Shown piece after piece: positions 6,252-14,397 of a stretch of 64,000 nt of DNA. This DNA is from a virus, in the IMG/VR virus record IMGVR_UViG_3300020202_000065, one strand, 5' to 3'. How positions within the stretch are numbered: position 1 is the stretch's first letter; each line of letters starts with the position of its first letter. Under the pieces are notes generated by a model. The model had not been told where the DNA came from. It was given only the letters and a program-made list of their open reading frames with translations, and made no database searches. The position numbers and the translations under genes were made by a program.

Positions 6252-6300
6252 AGTCATCACTCAAACGATGGCTGCAACCATGAAAGGAACTGGCGAGTAA
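6136..6300 (+). CDS. 54-aa very basic protein (MANRRNKSERRKKRKSAGTKRRAYRRRS...)
   Basis: Manual translation; SD AGGAG; TAATG coupling to the next gene. Confidence 0.6.
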   Translation: MANRRNKSERRKKRKSAGTKRRAYRRRSALRNSADLFREVITQTMAATMKGTGE

Positions 6301-6569
6301 TGATGAGCACCGATCACCTTTTACTTGGCCCAGGACGCCCCAATCCGAACTTTGGAAAGGGGGGCAAAATCAGCGGCAACGCGCCGTGCCCCTGCGCAAG
6401 CGGCAAGAAGTTCAAAAAGTGCTGCATGTACAAGGGCGTTACGAACACGCGGCCGCAGCTCACCGAAGAAGAAAAGCAGCAGCGCGCCGCTGAACGCGCA
6501 CAGTTACGCAGCAAGGCCCCATTGCTAATGAGCCTGGCTGTGCTCGGCAGTGTGCATCCCGGAAATTGA
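6300..6569 (+). CDS. SEC-C motif Zn-binding protein
   Basis: NAPCPCASGKKFKKCC. Confidence 0.85.
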   Translation: MMSTDHLLLGPGRPNPNFGKGGKISGNAPCPCASGKKFKKCCMYKGVTNTRPQLTEEEKQQRAAERAQLRSKAPLLMSLAVLGSVHPGN

Positions 6570-6592
6570 ACCGCCTATTTATTGGAGGCCCA

Positions 6593-6829
6593 ATGGCCAA
6601 GAAAGATACCGAACTCAAGCGCGTTGTCCGAGCCGCCAAATATGCGGCCTACAACCGTGAGAACACGAACTTCGCGCTCAGCCGCGTGCAGAACCGCGTG
6701 CTCGAGCAAAAGTTCAATCTCACGGATGACCAGGCATGGGATGCGCTCGATCTGGCCGAGCGTTTCGATTTCCCTCAACAGACCAGCATTGCCGAACTCA
6801 TCACCGACGGTGTCACGCCGGCGGTGTGA
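6593..6829 (+). CDS. Hypothetical protein
   Basis: SD GGAGG. Confidence 0.75.
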   Translation: MAKKDTELKRVVRAAKYAAYNRENTNFALSRVQNRVLEQKFNLTDDQAWDALDLAERFDFPQQTSIAELITDGVTPAV

Positions 6830-6844
6830 ACAGAAAGGAAGATC

Positions 6845-7045
6845 GTGGAACACAAATTCTGGATGGTTTACTGCCCTGGCCGTGGCGCACCCAGCCACCA
6901 TCACGAGACCCAGAGCGAAGCGGTTATCGAAGCTGAGCGCATCGTCAGGAAAGAACACAGGCCTTGCTACGTTCTCGAGGCTGTCAAAGTCGTTCAATTC
7001 GAGAACCCGCCGATCGTCTCACGGGATCTCGAAGTAAAGAAGTGA
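6845..7045 (+). CDS. Small hypothetical phage protein
   Basis: SD AAAGGA. Confidence 0.75.
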   Translation: MEHKFWMVYCPGRGAPSHHHETQSEAVIEAERIVRKEHRPCYVLEAVKVVQFENPPIVSRDLEVKK

Positions 7046-7056
7046 TCGTCGATCGC

Positions 7057-7112
7057 TCAGGCCGGAAGGGTGGTCCGAGAACACTCTGTGTGTTCCGCGC
7101 CCTTCCGGCTGA
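7057..7112 (+). other. Long intergenic hairpin (possible RNase III site)
   Basis: TCAG(G)CCGGAAGGGTG/CGCCCTTCCGGCTGA plus inner GAACAC/GTGTTC. Confidence 0.65.
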
Positions 7113-7136
7113 CTTCGCTCTGCAAGGAAAGCTCTA

Positions 7137-7322
7137 ATGCGTCAGGGCGCCAAGCTCACGCGAGCAAAGATGCGCGCCACGCCCTACCCTGAGATGACTG
7201 TCACCTGTCCTCTCTGTCACTATCAAATGCGCGTTTGCTACAACCCCGAACGCACCACGGCCGAATTATTTCGCATCTCAACTGAACTTTCGATGCGACT
7301 CAACTGCCCCGCTCATAAGTAA
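7137..7322 (+). CDS. Small Zn-ribbon-like protein
   Basis: CPLC...CPAH. Confidence 0.6.
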   Translation: MRQGAKLTRAKMRATPYPEMTVTCPLCHYQMRVCYNPERTTAELFRISTELSMRLNCPAHK

Positions 7323-7360
7323 AGACTCAATGTCGTGCGACCACAAAAAAGGAGGTCATT

Positions 7361-7843
7361 ATGTGCATGTGCGGCAAGCCGGTCATCAACGGCCAGCCCG
7401 GTTACTCGTGGAACGGCAACGGCACGTCCGTTTATCCCGTCAATCCACCGGAACTGAAGGCTGACGATACCTTGATCTATGACGAGCCTGGCCGCTGCGG
7501 CGGGCTCGATTCTCATTGCCACCATTTCAGGCTCGTCAAAGACCGCTGGGGTGACGTCGCTATTCTCGTGCGCCACGGTGGCGGCGACGAAAGATTCAGT
7601 ATTGCCAAATACATGCCAGGTATGACGCAGCTCCTGGCCGCTATGGAACGGCAGGACACGAACGGCCGTTACTGGTTCATGCATCTGCTTCACTCCATCC
7701 ATCACAACGCGGAGTCCGCTGCGAAGTCTCGCGAGCGTGGCATATGGGCAATGGCTGCGATCGAAAAGCGCATCAAGGTCCGGCGCCGTAACGGACAAAC
7801 TCGAGCCGAAATCGTTACGTCTCCAGCCATCGCCGGCGTTTAA
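7361..7843 (+). CDS. Hypothetical phage protein, 160 aa
   Basis: SD AGGAGG. Confidence 0.8.
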   Translation: MCMCGKPVINGQPGYSWNGNGTSVYPVNPPELKADDTLIYDEPGRCGGLDSHCHHFRLVKDRWGDVAILVRHGGGDERFSIAKYMPGMTQLLAAMERQDTNGRYWFMHLLHSIHHNAESAAKSRERGIWAMAAIEKRIKVRRRNGQTRAEIVTSPAIAGV

Positions 7844-7870
7844 CACCAAAACAAACGCAAAGGAGACATC

Positions 7871-8194
7871 ATGCGCACGTGGATCAGCGAGCACGGCAAG
7901 GAATATGACGTGCCGCAGGAAATTCTGTCCGCCGGCATCCCCGATATCTCCTGGCACAACGATCTGTGCCCCTGTTTTGGAACCCAGATCGGCGACACCA
8001 GAGTCAGGCTCTGGGTTGAACACCCGCTTTGGGTCAAGCGCGAGCTCGGCGGACCGCGCTTCACGGTCGATCGCTACGACGAACAGACCAGCGAATACCT
8101 GGCCCAGCATCAGACCGACGACGTCAACGAAGCCATGCGCCTTTACCGCGTTGAAGTGGAACTGGCCTCTGACAGAGAAAGGGAACAGCTTTGA
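7871..8194 (+). CDS. Hypothetical protein
   Basis: SD AAGGAG. Confidence 0.8.
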   Translation: MRTWISEHGKEYDVPQEILSAGIPDISWHNDLCPCFGTQIGDTRVRLWVEHPLWVKRELGGPRFTVDRYDEQTSEYLAQHQTDDVNEAMRLYRVEVELASDREREQL

Positions 8195-8331
8195 AACGCT
8201 ACGTCATGCGCATCGTTTGCGGAGATAAAGTTTTCCAGCTCCGCATCCGCGCCGCCGATCGCCACTTCGCCCTGCGCTACGTCCTGCACGAATTCGACAA
8301 CGCCACCATCGAAGCCTTCGCGGAGCTTTAA
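8191..8331 (+). CDS. 46-aa hypothetical protein (MKRYVMRIVCG...)
   Basis: TTG start overlapping the upstream TGA; fills the gap between genes. Confidence 0.55.
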   Translation: MKRYVMRIVCGDKVFQLRIRAADRHFALRYVLHEFDNATIEAFAEL

Positions 8332-8335
8332 AAAA

Positions 8336-8533
8336 ATGGTCACGACTAATGCCAAGTGTATCTGCGGTGCCGAGTTCGAAATCGTTTCGAACAATCCCGA
8401 GCGCGCGCAGAAGTTCATCGATCTGTGGTGGTCGCAGCACAGCGGCAAAGGCCACGGCCCTGCCAAGCCGCCTCCGCTGCAGCCACAGTTTATTAAGGAA
8501 GGCGGCTTTTCACCGCCTCGGCCAAATAAGTAA
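8336..8533 (+). CDS. Small Zn-ribbon-like protein
   Basis: CICG...HSGKGH. Confidence 0.6.
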   Translation: MVTTNAKCICGAEFEIVSNNPERAQKFIDLWWSQHSGKGHGPAKPPPLQPQFIKEGGFSPPRPNK

Positions 8534-8554
8534 TTCGAAGCGAAAGGAACCCCT

Positions 8555-8770
8555 ATGAGCAACAAAAGCCTTATCGCTCTCCTGAGTATCCTCCGGCCAG
8601 CCACCGGCAATCACGTGCTCTGGGTCGCTCGGGCACCGCATGCCTGCGCCTTTGGACTCGCACCCGAGCACGCACAGATCATTCCGCAGGTGAGTGCCGC
8701 GCTGCAGGTTGGCAACGGCGTATTCATCAACGTCCACACTTTCGATATCCGCGTCAAGGAGGCCGCATGA
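8555..8770 (+). CDS. Hypothetical protein
   Basis: SD AAAGGA; ATGA coupling. Confidence 0.7.
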   Translation: MSNKSLIALLSILRPATGNHVLWVARAPHACAFGLAPEHAQIIPQVSAALQVGNGVFINVHTFDIRVKEAA

Positions 8771-9018
8771 AATGTTACGCGATTGTCGTCTGGCAGCCGC
8801 ATGTCATTACACCGCGCCGTTACAAGGGTCGCTTTCAGCGCACACCCCGGATCAATGTTCTGAAGGTTCTCGGTGTGGATTACGTGGAGAAGCGCGGGGA
8901 CAAGATTCATATCAGCGAAGTGACTGAAGAACTCTATCACGTGCTCAAGGAATTCGAATGGATCAGCGCTGATTCCAGGGGCGCGGCCCGCGCCGTCCTG
9001 GCCCAGCTCAAGTCTTAA
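8767..9018 (+). CDS. Hypothetical protein
   Basis: SD AAGGAGG. Confidence 0.75.
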   Translation: MKCYAIVVWQPHVITPRRYKGRFQRTPRINVLKVLGVDYVEKRGDKIHISEVTEELYHVLKEFEWISADSRGAARAVLAQLKS

Positions 9019-9052
9019 AGCTTCGCGCCACCGCGCGCGAGAAAGGAGGTTT

Positions 9053-9325
9053 ATGAAGTTCAATCGCATCTATGTTGAACGCGGGAAATTCTACCGCGTG
9101 AAACTCCCGTGGAGCGAAGTCTGCATGCACATGCAGGTCGCCGGCAAGGAGATGCTCATCTCCGTCGTCGGCGAATACTACGCCATGGCCCAGATCCACG
9201 AGGACAATGGCCAGGTGTTTTCTGCCCCGGTCACCCTCGGTGAAGCCGGTGTCTACTCCGAAGGTGAACGCCTCTACGTCTACGGCGAAGAAGCCAGCAT
9301 CGCCTCCGCCGCTCTCGCCGCCTGA
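9053..9325 (+). CDS. Hypothetical protein
   Basis: SD AAAGGAGG. Confidence 0.8.
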   Translation: MKFNRIYVERGKFYRVKLPWSEVCMHMQVAGKEMLISVVGEYYAMAQIHEDNGQVFSAPVTLGEAGVYSEGERLYVYGEEASIASAALAA

Positions 9326-9327
9326 TC

Positions 9328-9371
9328 AACCCCCGCTGAAGTGTCCGTTTTTCCTCAAGTTCAATCCGACA
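9328..9371 (+). promoter_or_regulatory. Phage-specific promoter-like motif, copy 3
   Basis: AACCCCCGCTG-N14-CCTCAAGT-N6-CGACAC. Confidence 0.65.
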
Positions 9372-9390
9372 CCACTTCCAAGGAGGCCGC

Positions 9391-9753
9391 ATGGACTTCA
9401 TGGAGCGGATGGCTTTTGAATCACGGCTCAAAGCGGGCGATCGCGTCCGCGTGCGCTGGACCAATTGCCGCAACCGCTACGCGACCGACGGACAGATCGT
9501 AAAGGTGAACGCCTCAAGCTTCTTTGTCGTGCTCACCGAACCGGTGGGCCATGCCTTTCTGAAGGGCGCGGGTGTCCGCGTCCCACGCTGCACAGCCAAT
9601 GGTTTCTCGGTGAACAACTGCGTCGATCGCATCAGCACCGACGCACTGAGGAAATTCACATGCGCCGCATCAACCCGGACTTCACGCAGAACGACTTCGA
9701 CAAGCTCGCGTTCGGCATGGCCGTATCCTTCGCCGGCGCCGTCCTTGTTCTGA
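9391..9753 (+). CDS. Hypothetical protein (SH3/KOW-like N-terminus)
   Basis: SD AAGGAGG; LKAGDRVRV motif. Confidence 0.7.
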   Translation: MDFMERMAFESRLKAGDRVRVRWTNCRNRYATDGQIVKVNASSFFVVLTEPVGHAFLKGAGVRVPRCTANGFSVNNCVDRISTDALRKFTCAASTRTSRRTTSTSSRSAWPYPSPAPSLF

Positions 9754-9830
9754 TCCTCGGCTTAACGTTCTGTCTGAAGAAACCCGCAACGGAATCCGCC
9801 GCGCCGAATCCCACAGTCGGCGCACGGTAG
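9660..9830 (+). CDS. Small single-TM membrane protein
   Basis: SD GAGG; hydrophobic LAFGMAVSFAGAVLVLILGLTFCL. Confidence 0.65.
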   Translation: MRRINPDFTQNDFDKLAFGMAVSFAGAVLVLILGLTFCLKKPATESAAPNPTVGAR

Positions 9831-9834
9831 ACGG

Positions 9835-9952
9835 GCCGCTGGCCTATTGTCCCGGTCCAGCACGCCGGGGCTTTGCACCGGATCGCGTACGGTGAACGGA
9901 CCAGCGGCAAGACAAGGCCCGGAGACTGTGCCCTCCGGGCCTTTATTTTTTT
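9835..9952 (+). other. Structured intergenic element plus intrinsic terminator
   Basis: GCCGCTGG/CCAGCGGC closing stem; AAGGCCCGGAG/CTCCGGGCCTT followed by a T-run. Confidence 0.55.
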
Positions 9953-9968
9953 CCTGATGAGGATCCCT

Positions 9969-10469
9969 ATGAAACGAATCCTTTCCATCTTTTTCGCAGT
10001 GCTCTGTGTCTCGGCCGCCGCGCAGGACTATCACTTTCCCCGGTTCACTCCGGGCAAATTCAAGAAGGAAGTCCGCGCCGCTGCGCAGATCTGGAACGAC
10101 ACCAGCGGGAACATTCACTTCCGCGAGACCAGGCGCGACGGCATCCCCGTGATCTTCGACAAGCGCGGCTACAAAATTCCATCGCAGTACCTGCTGGGCT
10201 GGTACGACGGCAAACAGATCATCATCAATGGGCTCTATTTCAAACGCAGGCCCCATCCGCTCGGCCGCTTTTCGATGCGCGCCATTCTGCTGCATGAATT
10301 CGGTCACGCCGGCGGGTTGCGGCACAACCAGCGCCGCACATCCATCATGTTCCCGATCATTTACCCGAGCACCAAGCCAGAACTCGATGAGAACGACAAG
10401 CTTGCCCCGCTGAACGTTCAGTCCGTCAACCCCGAACATCCGAAACGCCCATTCCCGCCATCGCTATAG
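9969..10469 (+). CDS. Secreted matrixin-family (metzincin) Zn metalloprotease
   Basis: Signal peptide MKRILSIFFAVLCVSAAAQ; HEFGHAGGLRH; Met-turn SIMFP. Confidence 0.85.
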   Translation: MKRILSIFFAVLCVSAAAQDYHFPRFTPGKFKKEVRAAAQIWNDTSGNIHFRETRRDGIPVIFDKRGYKIPSQYLLGWYDGKQIIINGLYFKRRPHPLGRFSMRAILLHEFGHAGGLRHNQRRTSIMFPIIYPSTKPELDENDKLAPLNVQSVNPEHPKRPFPPSL

Positions 10470-10560
10470 GGCGGGGCAGTGGTCCCAATGCGCTCGCCTC
10501 CACGGGGCGGGACTGGACTCCGCGATTGTCGCGGATGACTGAGCAGCGCGGAAAGGAGTT

Positions 10561-11034
10561 ATGGACGCTAAAGATAAGGCGATCCTCAAGCTGGCGATCG
10601 CAGTTGCCTCGCTGCTTGAAGTCAACGCCTTCAGCCACGGCGGTCCTGGAAGTCGCGACGAATTCGAAAAGATCATCGCCGACGAAAGCACCCCCGGTGT
10701 CAGCGACGTTGTCGACGGCATCTTCAGAGAAAGCGAATTGCAGGTTGCCTTCGACGCGCTGGAAACAGCCAAACAGTTCGGCTTCGATGTCCCGCTCGAA
10801 CACTACGCGCTCGAGAAATACATCGAGGACGCGGCCAGGGAAACCCCAAGCATCAAGGATGAGCACGCACTTGCGCTGCACGGCCTGAACATGGCGTGCG
10901 CCGCGATTCAAACCGAACTGGGTGTCACCAAGGGCGACATCGCCGGCGTGTTCTTCTCCGGCGAAGTCGAGCATATGACCTTGAACATCTTCAAGAAATA
11001 TATCCGCCTGCAGAAGGAGTTCCCCAATGGCTGA
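10561..11034 (+). CDS. Hypothetical acidic protein
   Basis: SD AAAGGAG. Confidence 0.8.
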   Translation: MDAKDKAILKLAIAVASLLEVNAFSHGGPGSRDEFEKIIADESTPGVSDVVDGIFRESELQVAFDALETAKQFGFDVPLEHYALEKYIEDAARETPSIKDEHALALHGLNMACAAIQTELGVTKGDIAGVFFSGEVEHMTLNIFKKYIRLQKEFPNG

Positions 11035-11257
11035 CACTGAATCGGACTTCATGTCCGCACATCTGCAGCAGCTCATCGGGCTCACCGTTGTCGCCGTTGT
11101 CCGCGACGGAGGTCACGCCCACACCGACGAATGCCACGGACTTCTATTCACCGATGGCACCATCGCCTGGGTGATGCGGGATCCCGAGGGCAATGGCCCC
11201 GGCTTCCTCGACATCCAGATTTCTGAAAAGAAGAAGGGAGGCAAGAAAAATGGGTGA
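11027..11257 (+). CDS. Hypothetical phage protein
   Basis: SD AAGGAG; coupled to neighbours. Confidence 0.75.
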   Translation: MADTESDFMSAHLQQLIGLTVVAVVRDGGHAHTDECHGLLFTDGTIAWVMRDPEGNGPGFLDIQISEKKKGGKKNG

Positions 11258-11705
11258 CCGCTGCTACATCAGCCTGACCTGCCGTGCCACAGACGCATCG
11301 AAGTTCGAAGAGCTTGGTTACAGACGAGACAATGAAAGCACGTCTCTGTCTCCGAACTGTGTGGACATGGAGAAAGACGAAGGCTACGTCACCGATCTGT
11401 TCGAAGGCAGCGAAGTTATCACCAGCCTGAAAGGGGTTCCGTTCGTTGGCCAGAGTGGGCCAGGCTGTGCGTACGGCGCCTACGTGTTTGCCTCAGACGG
11501 AATTCACTTCAGAGAAGTCGAGACACGCCATGGAGATCGAAACGTAGTCGTAGCTCTGGATGAGAACGGCAACCCCGTGCGCAGCGAACTCACTTTGCTT
11601 CGCGCCTACATCCGTTTCAGTAAGCACTGTGAAAAGATTCTCAAGAAAACGAAGGCCGCACCCCCGCCGCCGCGGCCTCTAGTGCTCGCCGGTACAGGCT
11701 TCTAA
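11250..11705 (+). CDS. Hypothetical protein
   Basis: SD GGAGG; ATG at 11250. Confidence 0.75.
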   Translation: MGDRCYISLTCRATDASKFEELGYRRDNESTSLSPNCVDMEKDEGYVTDLFEGSEVITSLKGVPFVGQSGPGCAYGAYVFASDGIHFREVETRHGDRNVVVALDENGNPVRSELTLLRAYIRFSKHCEKILKKTKAAPPPPRPLVLAGTGF

Positions 11706-11718
11706 CGAAAGGAGTCAC

Positions 11719-12180
11719 ATGAAGACGCTCACTGAGTCGCAGTGGAAGGCCATCCCCGAAGAACAGAAGGTGCGCGGCTACGATGGAATCTTGCGCATGA
11801 TCTCAACGGAGAGAGAAAAACCTGAGATCGTCACCGTTCAGATCGTCTCGGACTTCGATGATCCGCCCTTTGCACCGGCACTGGTGCTGTCAGAACTCAA
11901 CGATGACAAGATTCCTACGGGTAAATACACAGTCCATCTTCCCGAAGAATCGCAGAGAATCCTCAAGCGCTTCAACAGCTATCAGCCCATGTCCGAAATG
12001 GATGCGCGCTTTCGTAAACGCATCCGCTCCGCCATAAACCTTCATTCCGAATTGGTGAAGGCGCTCCGCGAAATCGACAGCACCACGCAGGACCAGCTCA
12101 ACTATCGCCAGATCACCTACCGCGTTCAGAAGGTCGCGCAGGAAGCGCTCGGCAAAGTCATCGAGGCCGAGAACAAGTAG
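11719..12180 (+). CDS. Hypothetical protein
   Basis: SD AAAGGAG. Confidence 0.8.
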   Translation: MKTLTESQWKAIPEEQKVRGYDGILRMISTEREKPEIVTVQIVSDFDDPPFAPALVLSELNDDKIPTGKYTVHLPEESQRILKRFNSYQPMSEMDARFRKRIRSAINLHSELVKALREIDSTTQDQLNYRQITYRVQKVAQEALGKVIEAENK

Positions 12181-12188
12181 GAGGCCCC

Positions 12189-14177
12189 GTGCCCTTCCGC
12201 AGAACGAAACGTGTCTACAACCCAGACGGCTCTTACTTCAGCGAGCCCATTACACAGGAGGTCCGCATGTCCCATACCATCAGGCCTGGCACTCGAGAAG
12301 GCTTCGTCGAAATCGTCTTCGACGGCAAGCCTTCAGACGACATCATCAAGGCGCTCAAAGCCGCGAAGTTCCGCTTCACCAGCAGTGGCGGCGAGCCCCG
12401 CTGGTACGGAAAGGAAGACGCCATGCCAGCAGCGCTCAAGACAACGCCGGCGGCCGCCGCACCTGCACCCGTCACCCGAAAGGATGGCGCGTGTCCGTCC
12501 TATCCCAAGCCAACACCGCCGCCGCCCACTGCCAAGCCCGGACAGAAGAAGTACAAATCACGCAAGGAAGTCAACGCCGTCGCCTACGCCATGGGCTACC
12601 GCGAATGGTTCACTGGCACCGAGTGGTGCAAGATCGATCCGGAGGCCCCTGATCATCCGGGAAGCGCGCCGCGTGAATACTGGATCACCGAAGACGAAAA
12701 GGTTCCGCACCTGGCCAACCTGCGCATGTTCGATGAGAAGATGGGCACATCTTTCGGCTGGCCCATCCGCAAGCAGCAGGTCGATCAGAATCCCGACGGC
12801 AGCGAAACGCTCACCGCGCCCGACGGCGTGAAGATCCGCATCACTCCGGCGAAGAAAGCTAAGCCGGCAAAGACCAGTGCGATCGCACATCTCGACACGC
12901 TGGACTTCGATCCGGCGCAGGCCTTGACCAAGAACTGGTGCGACCCGGCCGTCCCCTATATTACCGACGGGCGCACGCTCCTGATCAGAAAGATGGTCAC
13001 CGACGTCCAGTTCCTGACTTCTCTGGAACGCGAGCAAGGCAAGGATATCCCCGGCAAATCCGTTCGCATCGTTATCGACAAGGCGACGGAAGAAGCGGTC
13101 AGCATTGCCAGAATTGGCGGCTGGATTTCCGGTTCAGAACTCAACATCAATGAACCCATCGGTTTCCTCTACACTGACGATGTTGCTGTTCCAGCCAATG
13201 CGCAGCGCATCAAGCAGATTCTTGCACTCACCGGCGCAGACGTCGTCAAGATCAGCAAGCCCAACCGGGCCGTTGTTTTCTTTAAGGGCAACGAGCTGGC
13301 GGCAATCCTCATGCCCTTCACCGTGAACAAGGAGTTCCAGCTGAGCCTGGTACTCAAGCGCCTCAAGGAATTCGAAGCCGCACAGGCTCCGAAGTCGCAG
13401 CCCGTCGAAGTCAAAGCGCCGGAACTCACCCTCGCCGATGCCAATAAGGCGCTGAAGACACTGTCGGGTTTTATCGGCGGCGACCAGCTCAAGGTCGTTC
13501 GCTCCGGTCTCAAGGGTGAAGAGAGTCAGTTCTTCATCGACAAGATGGTCGAACTCGCCGGCGTCGTCGAGAAGATGCCGAAGGTGTACGGCCAGGAGAA
13601 ACTTGGCGACCAGGCCATCGTCTACCTGCACTACTTCAAGAACAGCTTCGACTGGTACATCACCGAGAAGGACAGCGAGACGTTTCAGTTGCAGGCCTTC
13701 GGCCTGGCGTGCATGCACGAGGACGAAATGGGTTACATCAACCTCGTCGAACTCACCAAGAACAATGTCGAACTCGACTTCCACTGGAAGCCGAAGACCC
13801 TCGCGGAGATCCGCAAGGAACGCAATCCCGAGGAACCCGGACCGCACGCCCCGTCGCCGGATCCAGAACCGGCGCCGCCTGAACAGCCCAAGCCCAACTC
13901 GTGGAAGATCGGCGTCAAGACGTCCTCGTCAGCGACAAAGTGGGGCGAGAATGCCATGCGCTACTCGACCCGCGAAGCCGCACAGAAGGCCGGGGAGGAC
14001 CTCGCCAGCCGCTGGATGGCTGTCACCGAGTGGACCGTGCTCGAATCAGAGGACATGCCAAACGACGTGAAGCCGGAGAAGGTTGAAGCGCCGGCGCCGA
14101 ACATCACGCCGATCACCGACGGCATGTCCATGCGTGAGCGCATTGCCCGTCTGCGCCAGCGCTTTGCCGCAGTCTGA
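12189..14177 (+). CDS. Polyvalent multidomain protein (DUF3560-associated-like N-terminal domain, clamp-like middle, DUF2958-like domain)
   Basis: EIVFDGKPSDDIIKALKAAKFRF; YITDG...AAILMP; LHYF...DWYITEKD...AFGLAC...EMGYINLVEL. Confidence 0.7.
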   Translation: MPFRRTKRVYNPDGSYFSEPITQEVRMSHTIRPGTREGFVEIVFDGKPSDDIIKALKAAKFRFTSSGGEPRWYGKEDAMPAALKTTPAAAAPAPVTRKDGACPSYPKPTPPPPTAKPGQKKYKSRKEVNAVAYAMGYREWFTGTEWCKIDPEAPDHPGSAPREYWITEDEKVPHLANLRMFDEKMGTSFGWPIRKQQVDQNPDGSETLTAPDGVKIRITPAKKAKPAKTSAIAHLDTLDFDPAQALTKNWCDPAVPYITDGRTLLIRKMVTDVQFLTSLEREQGKDIPGKSVRIVIDKATEEAVSIARIGGWISGSELNINEPIGFLYTDDVAVPANAQRIKQILALTGADVVKISKPNRAVVFFKGNELAAILMPFTVNKEFQLSLVLKRLKEFEAAQAPKSQPVEVKAPELTLADANKALKTLSGFIGGDQLKVVRSGLKGEESQFFIDKMVELAGVVEKMPKVYGQEKLGDQAIVYLHYFKNSFDWYITEKDSETFQLQAFGLACMHEDEMGYINLVELTKNNVELDFHWKPKTLAEIRKERNPEEPGPHAPSPDPEPAPPEQPKPNSWKIGVKTSSSATKWGENAMRYSTREAAQKAGEDLASRWMAVTEWTVLESEDMPNDVKPEKVEAPAPNITPITDGMSMRERIARLRQRFAAV

Positions 14178-14180
14178 TCC

Positions 14181-14224
14181 AACCCCTGCTGTTTTCTGAA
14201 AATCACTCAAGTTCCCTTCGATAC
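14181..14224 (+). promoter_or_regulatory. Phage-specific promoter-like motif, copy 4
   Basis: AACCCCTGCTG-N13-ACTCAAGT-N6-CGATAC. Confidence 0.65.
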
Positions 14225-14397
14225 CACCAACTCAGGGCGCGATTACCGCTCCGCTCTCATGCCTCAGCCCCCCAGGCCAATGCATGAAGCGGGCGGTGAC
14301 CGCCCCGCATCTCTCTCTTCCTGCCGCCGCCGGTCCTCGCGCTCACAACGCCAGGACCGGCCTCCGGGCTAGGGAAAGAGTGAAAGGATTCTGTACC

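Noticed and set aside
10470-10500. GGTCCCAA as in twister ribozymes
   Set aside because: The other twister elements and pseudoknots are absent
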